A DNA stretch of 33,879 nt from Saprolegnia diclina VS20 (lineage: Eukaryota). The translations under genes and the position numbers were made by a program. The first letter of the stretch is position 1. Each line of letters begins with the position of its first letter. The stretch lies in contig NW_008246092.1 of assembly GCF_000281045.1 (NCBI RefSeq), positions 30,389 through 64,267 of the forward strand. The letters are read 5' to 3'. Under the pieces are notes generated by a model. It ran no database searches and was not told the origin of the DNA. It saw nothing but the letters and a program-made list of their open reading frames with translations. Shown here piece by piece: positions 31,384-33,879 of this stretch.

Positions 31384-32373
31384 CTAGGCCATGACCTTCT
31401 TGTTGAGGAGCGGCACGTACGAGAGGAACGAGTGGGCCGTCGCCGTCAGCGTCTCGATGGTCGCATCCTTCGCCTTCGAGACCGACTCGAGCGCATTCGA
31501 TGTGACCTGCGTCACACTCGCGCGCGTCTTCTCGACCGTGGTCGTGACCGACTCGACCGTCTTGGACACCTTGTCCGTCGCCGTGGTCGTGACGGCCGAC
31601 ACCTTCTCAAGCGTCGCCGACTGGACTTCCTTGGCCCGGCCAACGACTTGCTCCTTCTTGGCCAAAATGTATTCTTGGCCGTCGACCAGCGTCTTCAGAA
31701 CGCCCGCGACGCGTTCGTCGAGCTGCTCGTCAATCGTCGCGAGCGCCGGTGCGAGGCTCGTGTCCACGTCCTGGAGCGTGGCCACTTGCTTCATGTTGAG
31801 CTGCTTCAAGAGGTAGTTGACGCTCGTCTCGCCAACGTGCGCGACCGCGCCGACACCGCGGAAGCTCGTCGTGTACGTGTAGACCTCCTTCGTCTTCTGA
31901 TAGTAGTACGACGGGTGCAAAAACCACATGGTCGTCGCCTCGTCCACGGGCAGCGCCAAGACATCGTGGCGCGGCGAGCGCGGCGTCGTGTCCGTGAGCA
32001 CCGTCTCCTCATGCGTCAGCGACACGGTCGGCTCGGGCACAACCTCGACAACCGGGGCCTCGGGCTCCACTTCAACCGGCGCCACTTCAACAGGGACCGG
32101 CGTCACAGCCACGGGCTCGATCACGTCAGCAGGCGCGGCCTCTTCAATAGGCGCATTCTCCACGGGAGCTTCCTCAACGACCGGCGTCTCGGCGACCGTC
32201 TCGTCTTCAACGGCCTCGGTGGCCTCGTCGACCACCGGCGCTTCGGCCATCGGCTCGGCGTTCGCGTCGACCGAGGACGTCTCTGAGCTCGTGTCATCGA
32301 CGACCGGCGTCGTAGCGACGGTGGTGGGAGCCGCGGTCTTCTTGCCCTTGTTCTGTTTGCCCTTGCCAGCCAT
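31384..32373 (-). CDS. Glu/Pro/Val-rich N-terminus plus amphipathic helical domain; perilipin-like lipid-droplet protein candidate
   Basis: 329 aa ORF with strong codon bias. YQKTKEVY...VAHVGETSV...LATIDEQLD is followed by T/V/K/E-rich amphipathic repeats. The family call is an inference. Confidence 0.75.
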   Translation of the reverse strand: MAGKGKQNKGKKTAAPTTVATTPVVDDTSSETSSVDANAEPMAEAPVVDEATEAVEDETVAETPVVEEAPVENAPIEEAAPADVIEPVAVTPVPVEVAPVEVEPEAPVVEVVPEPTVSLTHEETVLTDTTPRSPRHDVLALPVDEATTMWFLHPSYYYQKTKEVYTYTTSFRGVGAVAHVGETSVNYLLKQLNMKQVATLQDVDTSLAPALATIDEQLDERVAGVLKTLVDGQEYILAKKEQVVGRAKEVQSATLEKVSAVTTTATDKVSKTVESVTTTVEKTRASVTQVTSNALESVSKAKDATIETLTATAHSFLSYVPLLNKKVMA

Positions 32374-33838
32374 AGTTTGCGTTGGATCTCGAATCTTGAA
32401 ATAAGTATCCCCGGCGCCGCCTCGGTTGAAGGCCGTGCTCTGATTGATTGAACGGGACTATACTATAGAGAACGCTAGTGTGGCGTCACAGGCATCTGCG
32501 ATTGGCTGAAAATCATCCAACCGAATCAAGTTGCCAGCGGACCCGCGTCACGCGTGCCAGTCGAGGCGGCGGCGACCGACATAGCACGGCCGTCGCGGAC
32601 TTTTCCTTGCCGACGCCACGACCCCTTGGCAGTCGCCACCTTCCTGTGCCAGCTACGTCCCAACGCGCCTCCACCTCGCATCCAGCCGTCTCTCCTTGAC
32701 GCATATCTATATGTGGTGACGCGCAACGAAGAGCCATGAGCAGCTCGACGACCTCGGTCCACATCGCCTACGATGGATACCACGTGAAAGGCCAATTTCG
32801 GAATGAGAACCATGACAAGTCGGCGCCGTTGGACAAACTGGCCGAAACGGTGCGGGATGGGCAAGGCCACACGTGGGTGTCACCGTTGGCGTTCCCGCCC
32901 GCGTCGCGAAGCCACTCTGAGCACGAATCTCGGCGTCTGAGAAGTCGCCCGTGCACAGTTGCCCTCGTTTCCATCGGGCACGGCGGTTCGTTTTTTTGTA
33001 AGCACCGCTTGAAGTTGACACGACGCCCGTTGACTCGACGGCCGACAGACGACCGCGAAATCTGCGCCCGCGCTTGATGACCAAATGGTCATTTTCGTTT
33101 CATCCGAGCGCTCCAGATGTCGACATCTACGTGCATAAACCGCGATCTTTTTATCGCGCTCTTGGTAACGAAGGCGTGCGTTTCGCGCCTTTTGCTCTGG
33201 CTCGCAGTTCGGAAGAAGCAATGAACCTGCCATGCGTCGCTTGACACTTGCGGGAAGGAGAAAAGTCTGTCGTATACTTGGTGTTGGGCGACGATGATGG
33301 CGTCGTCGCACTCTGCCGTGCCTCGGCACCTCGACTTGGGTCACACGGCCGCGGGACGCGCAACTTCAACTGTCCCTTTGTTGACAGTTGGGACGTCGCA
33401 GATGCTATTACTGGCCGGCGTCTCTATGCGTTGCGTGCAGCGTTACCGATACGTACCAAGCGACACACTAGGACACGGGCGGCTGGAGTCTATCACACGG
33501 CGTAATGCTGTTGGCGAAACAAGCCAGCAAACCAGTTGCTGTTTACTTGACAGGCTCCATCGGCGGTTATCATCCGAGCGCGGCCCTTGGCGCCCGTCCA
33601 ATCTGCGCGCCTCTTCGGCTTGTCTTTTCGCGCATCTCGAAGGTCTCGCTCTCTCCTTCTCTTGCTCGCAAGCACATTACGCACATCACAGGCACCAAGA
33701 AACACGCCCGTAACTCCATGCCCGTGCACCGCGAAAGCCGACGCCGTCCACCTCTTCACGTCAATGCAGACAGCAAGTTCAAGCGCCATGTCCCGTCCGC
33801 AGATTCTGCAAAATTAAAATTAATAAAATACCATGTGA

Positions 33839-33879
33839 TAAAATGCGAATTTTCCTTCGCGCGCGTGACGCAAGATGGT
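33839..33879. repeat. Terminal direct repeat, copy 2 (identical to 1-41)
   Basis: Exact 41-bp match to the window start. Confidence 0.97.

Noticed and set aside
32400..33838. Short ORFs, tRNA/ncRNA or mobile element in the long terminal intergenic region
   Set aside because: No coding bias, cloverleaf, terminal repeats or transposase motifs seen.
1..33879. Virus, plasmid or prokaryotic defence system
   Set aside because: All recognisable genes are eukaryotic cellular genes, many with introns; no capsid, replicase, integrase or operon structure.

Overview
Gene-dense, GC-rich eukaryotic genomic DNA, almost certainly from an oomycete (Saprolegniales-like). The evidence is an RWP-RK factor, a PH-START-ORD ORP1, a START+FYVE-like protein, oomycete Inr/FPR promoter elements and ~40-55 nt GT-AG introns. 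About 18 protein-coding genes are supported: an RWP-RK transcription factor, a divergent importin alpha, a START/FYVE-like protein, eIF3d, a LARP7-like La protein, TRAPPC12, three tandem single-pass membrane proteins, ORP1, an IQ-containing INPP5E-like 5-phosphatase, a zf-UBP USP, a cationic amino acid transporter, a perilipin-like protein and several unknowns. No rRNA, tRNA, CRISPR or recognisable transposon was seen. Highlights: (1) a tandem trio of receptor-like membrane proteins in which the first shares an 8-Cys ectodomain with the third and a cytoplasmic tail with the second; (2) an exact 41-bp repeat of the window's first and last bases plus a 100-N gap, meaning either a circular/tandem unit or, more likely, a permuted scaffold; (3) domain insertions in importin alpha and the USP; (4) a 72-nt hairpin beside the gap; (5) very compact gene junctions. 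Exon boundaries were read by eye and family calls come from remembered motifs; no database search was run.
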